A DNA stretch of 64,000 bases from Zancudomyces culisetae HAW-14-8 (taxonomy: Eukaryota; Fungi; Kickxellomycota). The stretch is from NCBI GenBank assembly GCA_052426225.1, contig JBNJNM010000010.1:248001-312000 (forward strand), given 5' to 3'. Below, piece by piece: positions 1 through 12,997 of this stretch (within the stretch, counting starts at the first letter, position 1; each line of letters starts with the position of its first letter). Made by a program: the position numbers and the translations under genes. A model generated the notes under the pieces. It did no database searches. It saw only the letters and a program-made list of their open reading frames with translations, and was not told where the DNA came from.

Positions 1-330
1 TTTGCTTTGTTCGTCATCAAAGGAATCTTCATCTATAATATTTTACCAAAAAAACATCAGTTAAAGTATGTAAAGGTTTAAAGAGAATGAGAAAATCTGA
101 ACTACGTAAATTCCTATTAAGGAGAAAATGTTTAGAAAATTGTACGTACCAAGCTGATCGGTGATTAGATCAAAGGCTTGCTGATAATGTGCGACTTCTG
201 CATGCAATCCAGTGAGATTGAACCTATCTAAAATATACTCATCGTCGATTTCGCAGAAGAACTCATTTCCTTTTGTGTTGAGGAACCATTCCACCCAATA
301 CTTATAACCCTCTGAATCAGTTTCACTCAT
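1..330 (-). CDS. CKB1: Casein kinase II regulatory (beta) subunit, 5' part; runs off the window start
   Basis: Reads WVEWFLNTKGNEFFCEIDDEYILDRFNLTGL, the typical CK2 beta N-terminus. A GT-AG intron at 149..33 rejoins to DEDSFDDEQSK (1..32). A branch point plus acceptor (gctaac...atag) just upstream of 330 suggests one more upstream exon. Confidence 0.92.
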
Positions 331-3255
331 CGAGATACCTATGATTTTGATGTTAGCGCGTTTCTAATTTTTGTTGAAAAGTGGATTTGAAAAAAAAAAA
401 CACCGCGTGAGGGGGGATAGTTCACCTCGCTTTACAGTTAAAGCTGATAAATCAAACTTGAATATATAGTGAGTCTACTAACACCTTCTAAAAGTTGGTT
501 GTACGTGTTATTCACTAGCAAGCCCTTCGATTTCGAACAGTGGAAAACAGTTTTATCTTTTTTTTTCCAACCATGAACCACCCTATTGGGTTTGGCAAAA
601 AAAAAATTTTCCTACTTTTTTCACCATTTGTTATTTAAATCACTGTTTTCTTTGCAGTTATATCTAATGGCGGGTAGGATGCTTTTAATGAATAGTATTG
701 GCCAAATAAAATAATTTAATATAAAGACATTAATCATTTCTGGGGTCCTTGTGGATGACTCACGGGGTTTTAGCACAGTCTATTTCACATAAAAAAAGAG
801 ATAAAAAAGAAAAAGAAAAAGTGGAAGGCCATTTGTTATAGAAACAGATTATCTTCAAGATAGTAAGCACATCAGATTGTTATATCAAGGTAGTATTCCA
901 CAGTTGTTTAATGGTTTAGATCTTTGAGATGATTGGAATACCTTTGATAATACAGCAATGTAGTGACTGGAATATGTGGGTTTTCAACTCATGGTAATTA
1001 CCCACTTTCCCGAACATCTCCTGCCAATACTCGTTCTTATTTTTCTGCTAATTATATCGCACCATAAGAAGCAAAAGGTAGTTCTGAGTTTAAGTACACA
1101 GTGAAAACACGCCTATAACTATATTTCCACCGCGTATCAGGGTACTTTTAATCTTTAAAGAAAATTCATACCTCAGATACATAACAAATAGCATGCGTGT
1201 ATGGGCAACGATTTCATCGTATGAGTTTGAGAGCCCTCTATAGTAGTTTTGGGTACAAAATAGTCTCCTAATAGTACTCACCTTCAGGAAAGGATACTTT
1301 GATGGGACGAAATAAATATATATGGCTCTTATTCAACACGCAAACTACAGGAACAAGAGAATTATTGATTTTTCATCAAACTCTGAACATTACTCTCAGC
1401 TAATAGCTTTGCAGCAACATGTATGATATTGGCATCCCGTTTTTTTTCGCCGTCCGGGTCCATATACCAACAAGTATATCTTGAGAATTTTTAAAATATA
1501 ATACTATAATGAACGGAGTGCAAGTACTTTATAAACAACGATGTAGCATGCATTCTTTTAGCTAAACAATACCCCTCTCACCCAAAAAAAATGTGCTTTT
1601 TTTTATTATTACAAAGAAATCACGATTGTAAATCATTTGGAGATACAGGGGCTTTTAGTATTATACAAAGGGGTGTGGTACGAACAAAGGCTCATTATCA
1701 TCTTGGGTATATTTTTTTTACATACATATTTTAAAGATGTGAGCTATTACACTCCTTTTTATCGGAAAGTCTGAAGGTTAGTATACTTGATCAACATCAG
1801 GTAATGGCTGCTTTGTCAATATGATATTAGAATGGTGGGTTTTCAGGCAATAAGTAATGCGGTTACCAACAGAAAAACTTTCTAGAATTAGCTGGCTATA
1901 TAGGATATGCTTCACCAGGTCATACCTTGGTGCCACTTGAATACGAATTGACCAAAGGGAATTTTTAAAACAAAACGCTTTCAGCGTAAAACAAAAATTC
2001 CGAAAAAGCAGATAAGTGAAGGTAAATGGCATTCACATGACATTCCTACGCGGGATTATTACACAATCTTGGTAGTAAAAGAAGATACACATACCAAAGG
2101 GAGCTTACCAACAGGGCAATTATATTTCCCCGTTGCCTTCAACTGCAAGACCAACATCTAAGAACTTTCCACATTTTACACTTCACCCAAAAGACGTATA
2201 TAAAACAAATAAAGTCGACTCTATTACTTTCCATGCACAAATATCATTATTTCTATGATATACACATGTCGCCGAAGCGTTTATGTGGAGATGGGAGTTG
2301 AATCACCGCTATTATACAGGCGCTACCGGCAAACTTCAAGTCTACCTGTATAAAATGTGGTCTTGATAAAAAACTGGAAAACCCTTCGGTTGTATGAGCA
2401 AAAAAGAGTTAAAGAGTGCAAATGTTTTGTGTTATTTTGAGCGTAGCTGCGATTATAACCAAGTGCTGATTCTTTTTTTTTTTGCTAAACCTAAATGATA
2501 TTTTTGTTTACATCAAAATATTAAACAATTTTATTATGGACAGAGTGAGGTCTGAGTTATGTAATGGTCAGGTTTTAATTTGAGTGGTATTTATTAATAT
2601 TCTCTAAATCAAACCAATGCTATTGTACCAAATGTTATTGGTAATAATTAAAGCGAATTTGAGCTAAACACAAGCGGAAAAATACAAATGAGAGAGAGAG
2701 AAAAAAAGACAGAAACAGAAACATTGCTTGTCCAAAAAAAAAGGCAGGAAGGTTCGCTTTTTTTTAATTTTATACTCAAAAACAATTGTATGTATCACAA
2801 TAGTCTCAACTTCAACCATATTTTGATACTTTCTATCTTGCTTACCTTTAACTAGTGTGTACTTTTTTTTGCTACTAGTCATAATCAGTAGGTATACAGC
2901 ATATTTTAAAGCGGTGTTTTATCATACGAAGTATTTTTCCTAAAAAGAAAAAAAGGTAAGTATATCAATTTGATCGACTTTAGTAGCTTTGAACATTAAA
3001 CCCTAAGTCCTCAGCTGCAGCTTGCCCATCTAAATGGCTTGATGGGGATGATTGCTTTTTTATCTTTTACTATTGCTTTGTCACAATAATTTTAGATTGC
3101 AACATAATTTAATGTACATTTTGTATTATGTTCGATGGGAGTGTAGCAGTTGGGAATATCAATAGGATGTCTTTTTCTATATAAAATTTTATAACGTATA
3201 ATTCAAAGTTATTAACTGATGTATAGAATAGCGTATCAATTAAAGTGGTTATAGA

Positions 3256-4294
<1,039 letters not shown>

Positions 4295-4489
4295 TAAAAT
4301 CTTCTAAATTACGTCTACAATATAAATCAAGTTTGTTATGGAGCTCTGGATAATGGAGCTCTGCACTTTTTTTTTGTCTTAATTTTCGATGTTTTAATAA
4401 ATCCACAATGTACTAAATACTGTTTTTGTATTTCTTTTTCATGGGAATGAGATAGATAAAAAAGAAGTAGTCAAGATTCTGATTAGAAA

Positions 4490-5410
4490 GATAGTGGTGC
4501 TCCGTACCGCTGAACCACACATATGGGTTCAAGTAGCTTGGATTCACATTCCACCAGTCCCAGAAATAGTGAGCACCACCACTACTATAACTTGGGACGA
4601 ATGTGGAAGTATGTTAGATCAATCTACTAGCTCCTAGCTCTGGGTAACCCTAAAATCTTTTTCAGAAATGAAACACAAAGGACATGCACCATGTGCGTTT
4701 TTATTTTTGCTTTTGTTATGTTTATTTGGGGTATTGTTATGTTTTGAAGACTTGTTTTTTTTTAGCAAAAGTTTAAGGGTAAGATTTACGTACTTAAAAG
4801 CAGCCATACTAATACGGACACCAGTGTTGATGCACTTCTCTTAAACATGTACGAATTATAGTTTTTATATGATACTTATCAAATTTAACTGGACATGTCG
4901 CATAAAGCACAAAAGGGATGTTGATTAATTTTTACCAACCAATTCTATTTACAACGTTCCTTTAGCTAAGTTGCAGGATTTCCACTGTGCAATAGCATTG
5001 TGTAGATGATAATGGGTTTTACATTCTTGTAAGGAAAAATTCAAAAAATAATAATAAAAGTTTTCAAGCATTGCATAAGATTGTGGACCAAAGATTTAAG
5101 GTAAAACCCAAATGGACTGTTCTAGACAACGGTCAACACGTGGCTTTTAGTTGTACACATTTTTCATTCCTCTCCTTGAACTTTGTTTATACCACTCGAT
5201 AGCTGTCCTAGTAATGATAAACATGTAATCCATACTTGTTATTTCATATTAAACAAGATTGCTAGCCAGAAAGGCTCTAATATTGGTTGTTTAACATGAT
5301 CTACCAGCTTATATCTTTGAAAAGCCCTAATTCTGGTACATTTTTTGGTGCCTTTCGTTGAGTTTAGTTAGCGTGGTGGTGTTGCTTTATGTTTGAAGAC
5401 CACCAATGGC
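4490..5410 (+). ncRNA. Candidate telomerase RNA gene (structured non-coding RNA); boundaries approximate
   Basis: TAACCCTAA at 4645-4653. Helix 4559-4574/4630-4644 ends at the template. Crossing stems 4661-4667/4742-4748 and 4705-4718/4763-4771, with a U tract at 4698-4708. Enclosing helix 4495-4506/4813-4823. Sm-type ATTTTTTGG at 5340-5348. No ORF. Pairings found by eye. Confidence 0.45.
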
Positions 5411-7214
5411 ATATGAATAGTATTAAAAAAGTTGCAGTTTGAGAGAAGGAATGTTTGTCTCGTAGTATACACACTCTTGAGAGACATGTTATACATAAAG
5501 CTAGCAATATCTAGGAAATACTCTTGTGGGAGCGTCTGTTTGACTAAAAAAACTTGTCACTTATCTTCCACCCTCTTCCTCTTTTCTCCTTTCTCTCACC
5601 TCCTTTACGTCCCTCCCAAAATCAGCATTTTTTATTTACATATTTGGATTAGTATACCAAATTCTTAAACATGTGTTTATAATATGAAATGGTTGTAACG
5701 ATGGTAACAGGGTTAGTGGTATACTAAGATCAAACAACGGATTTTGTGATTTACAAACACACCATGATGAAGCTGTAAGGAAAATAGCACAAATATACTT
5801 ATCATCGAAAAATAGCCCACTTTACTCGGAGAATTCTGTCTTCTCCGCAATATTTACCCATTGTAGTGGGCAATTCTTTAGAAATAAGTTAATTATTTAG
5901 GACTAAAATTTACATTTTTATTTTTCCTGCTTTTGGGGTGTACGCAAATAAAGAAATACTATTTCATAAAATGCCGATTAATCTAAACCATAAATACACC
6001 TTTTTCTGGGTAGAAAACGAGAGAGTACCAGAAGCTGCAACATTTTTCACCACAGAATCGTTGCCAGAATGCGATTAAAAAGCTTTCCTAAACCAAAAGT
6101 ATAGAGAATTTTCTACCCCGCCAAAATTCACGCTGCAAAGAATCACAAAATGTATTTTTAGCATTTTATGCATCATTATATGGGATTACAGAGGGGGTTG
6201 CGTTAGTGTATAAACTATATATATACAAAACCAACATTTGTTTTTTTTTTCTGCGGTTAACACTTGTAATTGCACTTCAAATGCTCAAGAACCTGTCTTT
6301 TATTACCCCATCAAAAGGAGAAATAGTAGTTGTGCATACTTGTTGCACCGAAAAAGTATAGTTTGCTAAGCTGTAATATTTTAGGTGCAAGCTCACTTTC
6401 TTACAAATAAATACATAAATAAATACAGTCAGAATTAATCTCCAACACTTGTTTATCAATTCATCAAGAGGAAAAGTCTAATTTTTTAAAGTTGATTTAT
6501 TATAACGTTAGTGTTAGTTACAGTATTGAATAGTATCCTGGATTATATTATATTATATTATCGGTTTGCAACTTTTTTTTTTAAAAAAAAACAAAAACAA
6601 ATGATTTAAAGGGCGCATAAGCTGAATCACCAGTACTGTGCAATATAACATATTAGGGAGTAAAAATTAATAACAACAGCAATAGCAACAGCAAGAAACA
6701 AAAAAGAACCAGTTAAACTGTTAATGAGCCTAGAAAAGCCTGCTATTTGATTATAACATTTACTACCACTCACCCTCAAATTGATTCTAATAAGAGTGAA
6801 TATCATCAAAATTTTGATATCATAAACACAAGATTGATAATTGTCACCGCTGTATTAGTAGAAACTCACACTTTTTACTTATACGTGGTACTACTGTCAG
6901 AACGAATTTGTGGATTAAAAAAGTCGGATCAAGTATCAGAACTATAACACTTCAACATTAATTATTTTGATTATTGTTAGCAACAGAATACTTTGTATCG
7001 AAGCTAACTATAAATGGAACCAATATTGGTATAAAAACGAGAGCTCAAAAAAAAGCATCATATATCTGTATTAATACAAACAATTGTAATTGCAAATTCG
7101 AATTCGAAACGGTCAATACAATACGATCTTTTTGATGCCATTTAGGTGAGATACATTCTATTAATAAGTAATAATAGCGACACCCAATATCACAGTCAAA
7201 ACCTTTTAAAGAAA

Positions 7215-9899
7215 ATGGGTAGAAAGAAAATAAATATCAGCGAAATTAAAAATTCAAGACAAAAAACTGTTACATTCGCCAGGAGAAGGTCTGGTCTTAT
7301 AAAAAAGGCGCATGAGTTGAGCGTTTTGTGCGGGGTAAAAGTTGCTCTTGTAGTTTTTGATACAAAAAATGCAAGTCATGTATATGCATCTACAGAAACA
7401 CCAGACGCACTATTTAAAAGATATATGGAAAAGTGTTTTATAACAAACGAATCGAGAAAGCGAAAGGACAATGTAGGTGCTGATGATGAGGATAATGGAA
7501 CATATGGATTTGATAGCAACGGTTCTTTTGTTAAGCGAAAATTGGCCGTAGTTAATGAATACAAAATAATGAAAGGCGATTCAAGTTCCGAGGGGGTTCA
7601 GATAAAACACAATAAACAATATCACGATCCAAACGCAGTTTGTTTGCAAAAAAAGGCTATCGAACCTCACCCTTCTGGTGATAAAATTTCATGGAACGCA
7701 AACCCCGCTGGGTTTGCACCACAGCAAATACTACCAATAAATAATTACACCGAATTGAGAGGCGAAGGGTATGGTAGTGGTAGTGGTAATGGTACTGAGG
7801 CTCTACTGGGAGCAAAAAAAAAAAGCACTTCAATAGCTGCTTCTTCTGGTGATAAGATTGGTGAGAACCCGACGTCTTCGCTCTATCAGAACAAAGTAGC
7901 ATTAGGTGCACAGCAATATTTTGTAAAACCACAGTATAAATATGGATATGAAACTGATGCGGATGTAATTCTAGGCTGCAATGCTGGCGGACACAATAAT
8001 ACTCAGGAGCTTGGAGTGCAGGGGTATGCAATACCTCAGCAGATTTTAAAACCAACTGAAATGTACAACTATGAGAATGAATTTGGTGTGCGAAATAGTA
8101 GTAACACAAATAATTTTGGAGGTGAAGAAATTTCCAATGGAAGACGTATTGCTGAATCCAATACAATAGATGTCTCAGGATTAAACTTGGCAAATCGTGA
8201 ATATAGTAATAATGACATTTTTGGTGGATTTATCTACAAACAGCAGGAACAAGCGCATACCCCTGAAAACGCCGCCATGTTTGGAATGCTACAGGAAAAT
8301 AGTATTTACCAACTAGGCATTAGTAATCAAATCCAAGGTGTTGACAATGGCCAAATGGATGGCTCGGGTGCTTCAATGTTACCATGGGGTGGCAGATATA
8401 TCGGAAGTGTTAATAGTAAAACCAATCCCCTATCAGTAAACGAAAATGTTACTTTAAATCCCTTTGGCGAAAGAATAATAGGATCTGCACTTTCAAGCAT
8501 TGGAAAGAATCCAGAAGGAAAAAATAAGGGATCGGATGGTTCAAAAGAGAAAAAAGCAAGCAGTAAAGAAAAATTGGGTATAGGCTCCAAAGTAGCAGGA
8601 GGTAGAGGAGCTTTAAAAAACAGGCTTGTTAGTAATCCCAGCTCCAGGTTTTTATCGAATGGAAATAAAACAAAAGGTGCATCATCTGGAAACTCTGGAA
8701 ATCGTATACACTCGTTGTCTACAGTCGAGTCAACATTAATGTCAGACGCAATCAAATCAGCAAAAACGGAAATATTCAATAATAACGAAAAAAGTAAAAA
8801 GAGAAAGCTGGCCCAGGCTATATCAGCCAAACAACAAGTATCAGATACAAGAAGTACCACAGAAAAACAACCTTTAAGCTATGACGAGGGTGGCAGACCA
8901 GAGATGGCTTCTGCCAATATAGATGTAGGATCCAATTTCCAGCCTCAGTTGGCGAACACGTTTTTTATGCAAACAGGAAATACAGAAGCAACTGGATTTG
9001 GTATGTGGGGTGTAGACTATGATAGTATAGCTCTTCAAAACGGTGTTGGTATTTCTGAAAAAGAGCTATTAGAGGCCAACTTACAGGGTGCTCAGTTTAG
9101 TGATATGGGTATGCTAGGGTTAGATAAGAACCTGTGTGCAAAAACGCAAATACCTAATGCTATGGAGTATCACATGAATATGAATAACGTAGCCAGTAAC
9201 GATGATGATAATCATGTAAACAGGGCTTTACTTGAAAGTATTAGTAGTGAAGAGGGTAGTGTGTTGAATACCTCGACCAGAAAATCTGATGAGAATACTG
9301 GAAGCGAAAAGGCTGGTGCAGTAAATGATTCCATGAAAATAGAAAGAAGAGTATCAGAGCAATGGTTTGACAACTTGAAAGATCGTCCAAGTAGCTTAGA
9401 AGGGATGAATGGACTTGTTGTAAATTTTTCAAATGCTAATGATGCTAAAGACGGACAGTCGATAACTCCTACAAGAATTAAAAATACTACATCTTTGGAT
9501 AGTGGGAAAGAAAAAATGGAAGCAACACTAATAGATGTTACGTTTAATCGAGGCGCCATTGGAGGTGAGCTTGGGGGTATGTTTGATATAAAGTATGGTG
9601 TTGATTCTGGTACTTTGAATACAGATATCGGGATGCCAATGCAGTTACAGCTTGAACCAGGAAACCAGCACGGATATGCAAATGATCCATTAATACTTCA
9701 AAACCTGGAAGGTAACACTGGTATTGTTGGTGAACATGGACTGGGATATAATATGGATGAGGTCAGTTATTACAACAACTATGTTATTCCAGGTGACATT
9801 ACGCTTGGTGTCGTTTCCAATAGGGGGACAGAAAATGAACCAAAAATGGGCAAAGGGTTTGTGGGTCAATATGTAAATGAGGAGTTTTTTAGCGTTTGA
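7215..9899 (+). CDS. MEF2-type MADS-box transcription factor (Rlm1-like) with a long disordered C-terminus
   Basis: MGRKKINISEIKNSRQKTVTFARRRSGLIKKAHELSVLCGVKVALVVF begins at ATG 7215; the ORF track starts at an upstream GTG. Single exon. Confidence 0.9.
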   Translation: MGRKKINISEIKNSRQKTVTFARRRSGLIKKAHELSVLCGVKVALVVFDTKNASHVYASTETPDALFKRYMEKCFITNESRKRKDNVGADDEDNGTYGFDSNGSFVKRKLAVVNEYKIMKGDSSSEGVQIKHNKQYHDPNAVCLQKKAIEPHPSGDKISWNANPAGFAPQQILPINNYTELRGEGYGSGSGNGTEALLGAKKKSTSIAASSGDKIGENPTSSLYQNKVALGAQQYFVKPQYKYGYETDADVILGCNAGGHNNTQELGVQGYAIPQQILKPTEMYNYENEFGVRNSSNTNNFGGEEISNGRRIAESNTIDVSGLNLANREYSNNDIFGGFIYKQQEQAHTPENAAMFGMLQENSIYQLGISNQIQGVDNGQMDGSGASMLPWGGRYIGSVNSKTNPLSVNENVTLNPFGERIIGSALSSIGKNPEGKNKGSDGSKEKKASSKEKLGIGSKVAGGRGALKNRLVSNPSSRFLSNGNKTKGASSGNSGNRIHSLSTVESTLMSDAIKSAKTEIFNNNEKSKKRKLAQAISAKQQVSDTRSTTEKQPLSYDEGGRPEMASANIDVGSNFQPQLANTFFMQTGNTEATGFGMWGVDYDSIALQNGVGISEKELLEANLQGAQFSDMGMLGLDKNLCAKTQIPNAMEYHMNMNNVASNDDDNHVNRALLESISSEEGSVLNTSTRKSDENTGSEKAGAVNDSMKIERRVSEQWFDNLKDRPSSLEGMNGLVVNFSNANDAKDGQSITPTRIKNTTSLDSGKEKMEATLIDVTFNRGAIGGELGGMFDIKYGVDSGTLNTDIGMPMQLQLEPGNQHGYANDPLILQNLEGNTGIVGEHGLGYNMDEVSYYNNYVIPGDITLGVVSNRGTENEPKMGKGFVGQYVNEEFFSV

Positions 9900-10726
9900 T
9901 CGTTTTATATTGTTTTGGTATTTTTTTGGTATTTGATAATTCCTGTAAATGATGCTGTATTTCTCTGTTTTATTTGTCTTGTAACGCTTTATGTGCTATT
10001 TTGTAATAAAAAAAATACTTTATTTGTAAATCAATAGTTACGTTTTCTAAAGCACGCTTAAAAAAAAACTATTATAGAGCTAGATGTGATGTTTGCTATC
10101 TGAGTGAATTATGTTACAACAGATGGAAAAAGCCTCAGGACGATGTACATAGTTTCTGAGGTTATGGGTGTATACTTGCGAAAAATATGGTGGAGGGTCA
10201 GATATATAAAGCAAATCTTCAAACTTTCATCCAAAGCCGAGAGTTTACAGATGAAAAAAAAAGCAGACACTTGAAACACTTGGTGTTTTTTTTGGGATAA
10301 CTGGTACTTGGTTTATTGTGTGGTTTTTGCCTTTCAATTACTTAAATACGAAACATTATTCCATCTATTTTATTTCAAATTAAAGGGTTTTTTGGTTGGG
10401 GGAATTTGAGATTAATACATGGTTGGCCCACAAATTTGGGGATCAAAAGTGTAATTAGACGGAAATAGACATTGGCTTGTAGGTAGGATAAATTAAATAA
10501 ATAAATAAAATAGACCTTTGCTTACAAAATCTAAATTTTGAGTGGTGATTAAAACACATTCTCAACTAAATAGGAAACAGAGCTATTTAAACTGTTCTCT
10601 GAGGGACCGATATAAAGACAAGTAAGTGAAAAAAAACTAGCGAGCAAACAACGAGGTAAAAGGGACTATCGTGACATATTTTGTGTTTTTTTCAAGTATT
10701 ATCCCAACTCCGAAATACTATAGATC

Positions 10727-12997
10727 ATGGATGTTAAAGTGAATGAAGATAGTTTCGACATTTTGAAGGCTCCAAGCGGTATATCTACCCCACAATGGGA
10801 GGCTATCACAAATGTAGAAAGCGTTTTAGATGAAGCCAAGAGGAAAATAATGGAAGAAAGAAGTAAAAAGAATATGAAAATGGAGGATGTTCAGCCACAT
10901 GAAGTGTTGCAGCCAAGTGATGGTGAGGAACAGGAAGCCCTGCTACACAGTGTGGAGGCACAACTAGAAGAAAGAGAAATTCCGGGTATAACTGGTTATA
11001 AAGAAAAAGAGGAAGAAGAAGAATTGTACTACGAAGAGCTAGAACAAGAGCTAATGAAACTAATGAAACAACCAATTCTAACACCTGAAGATCTCAAGGA
11101 TGGCCATTCTGCTAGAAAAATGAAGGAAACGCTAGAGCTGGAGAGTGAAGCTAAAAAGATTGGAGAGGATTTGATATATTGCATGGGACTGAGAGACAAA
11201 TATCAAAAAATCAGTGTTCAATTGGAAGGAGACAACCCAAAAAATAGCAGCGAGTGGGAGATATACCCTCCCCCACCACCACGAGCATGGAAGGATTTCA
11301 AGAAATCAGCTAATATCAAGTCAAGTGAGTTTAACTTTAGTGAGTGCAAAATACCAGGAGCACAAGATAAACGACTGGAGTATGAGTTGGTATCTGACGG
11401 GGGTGACTTTGATGGTACATATAGGATGTACAATAAGGATACTGGGGAAACCACTAGCGATGTGCCGGGGGTTAGAGAATATTACAAAGATCTAAAGTTT
11501 TTGCACAAGATGGGGAATAAAGGGCCTATGAAAAGTTGGACATACAAAAGGTTAAAGTATCTTGAAAATAAATACCAGATGTATGTTTTGCTGAAAGAAA
11601 GCCAAGAAAATATGGAAAGTAAGATGGTACCACATCGAGATTTCTACAATGTCAGAAAAGTGGATACACACGTTCATTTGGCCAGTTGTATGAATCAAAA
11701 GCATTTGCTGAGGTTTATTAAGCACAAAGTAAAAACTGTATCAGAAGATGAGGTGGTATACAATGGGATGACGTTAAAGCAGGTATTCGAGAGTTTAAAG
11801 TTGACAGCATATGATCTTAGCATCGATACGCTAGATATGCACTCAAATAAGCAGACATTTCACCGGTTTGACAAGTTTAATCTGAAATACAATCCTATTG
11901 GCGAAAGTAAGTTGCGAACCATATTCCTTAAGACTGATAATGATATTAAAGGAAGGTATCTCGCGGAGTTAACAAAAGAGGTTTTTTCAGATTTGGAGGT
12001 CAATAAATATCAAAAGGCTGAATACAGAGTTAGTATATATGGAAACGGTGGGTTGGACGAATGGTCAAAGCTGGCAGCTTGGGTTATTGATAACAAGGTC
12101 ATTTCAAACAATGTCAGGTGGTTGATTCAAATACCACGGTTATATAACGTGTACAAGAAAAACAGCAGAATAAGTGATTTCAAAGAACTGATATACAATA
12201 TATTTGAGCCACTTTTCAGGGTCACCAAAGACCCAACATCCAATCCGAAGCTGCATGTATTTTTACAGCGAGTAGTGGGCTTTGATTCTGTTGACGATGA
12301 AAGCAAACCAGAGAAAAATAGGGGGCAATATGACAGTTATATAGCTCCCAGCGAATGGAATGGGAATCACAACCCTCCATACTCTTACTATAGCTATTAC
12401 ATATATGCAAACATGGCTGTATTAAACCAGTTTAGAAAGGTACACAAGTTTAATACATTTGTGTTTCGGCCACACGCGGGAGAGGCAGGTGACATTGAGC
12501 ATTTAGCATCTTCGTACCTGCTAGCACAATCCATCTCACATGGAATAATGTTGAGAAAAGCAGTCGTTCTGCAGTACTTATTTTATTTAAACAAGATTGG
12601 TATAGCAATGTCACCGCTTTCCAATAATGCGCTATTTTTGTCGTACGAGAGAAATCCATTCTATGCATATTTTATGCGAGGCCTGAACGTTTCTTTGTCA
12701 ACCGATGATCCATTGCAATTTCATTTCACAAAGGAACCATTAATCGAAGAGTATTCTATTGCCGCGCAAATATACAAGCTTTCAAATGTAGATATGTGTG
12801 AATTAGCTCTAAACTCTGTTTTACAAAGTGGATTTGAGACACAGTTGAAAAACAACTGGGTTGGCGAGTTCAATAGTGATGGTGGCTTCACCCCTCACGT
12901 ACAAAAAACCAATGTACCTGCTTCCCGGTTGAATTTCAGAAACCAAACTTATAATCACGAGGTGAAAAACCTGTTCCACACAGTGCAACGATTATAA
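10727..12997 (+). CDS. AMD1: AMP deaminase
   Basis: Motifs HRDFYNVRKVDTHVH, FHRFDKFNLKYNP, RPHAGEAG and SLSTDDPLQFH. Intronless, 756 aa. Confidence 0.97.
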   Translation: MDVKVNEDSFDILKAPSGISTPQWEAITNVESVLDEAKRKIMEERSKKNMKMEDVQPHEVLQPSDGEEQEALLHSVEAQLEEREIPGITGYKEKEEEEELYYEELEQELMKLMKQPILTPEDLKDGHSARKMKETLELESEAKKIGEDLIYCMGLRDKYQKISVQLEGDNPKNSSEWEIYPPPPPRAWKDFKKSANIKSSEFNFSECKIPGAQDKRLEYELVSDGGDFDGTYRMYNKDTGETTSDVPGVREYYKDLKFLHKMGNKGPMKSWTYKRLKYLENKYQMYVLLKESQENMESKMVPHRDFYNVRKVDTHVHLASCMNQKHLLRFIKHKVKTVSEDEVVYNGMTLKQVFESLKLTAYDLSIDTLDMHSNKQTFHRFDKFNLKYNPIGESKLRTIFLKTDNDIKGRYLAELTKEVFSDLEVNKYQKAEYRVSIYGNGGLDEWSKLAAWVIDNKVISNNVRWLIQIPRLYNVYKKNSRISDFKELIYNIFEPLFRVTKDPTSNPKLHVFLQRVVGFDSVDDESKPEKNRGQYDSYIAPSEWNGNHNPPYSYYSYYIYANMAVLNQFRKVHKFNTFVFRPHAGEAGDIEHLASSYLLAQSISHGIMLRKAVVLQYLFYLNKIGIAMSPLSNNALFLSYERNPFYAYFMRGLNVSLSTDDPLQFHFTKEPLIEEYSIAAQIYKLSNVDMCELALNSVLQSGFETQLKNNWVGEFNSDGGFTPHVQKTNVPASRLNFRNQTYNHEVKNLFHTVQRL

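Noticed and set aside
4525-4535. GGTTCAAGT resembling a tRNA T-loop or Pol III B-box
   Set aside because: No T-stem or cloverleaf can be built around it.
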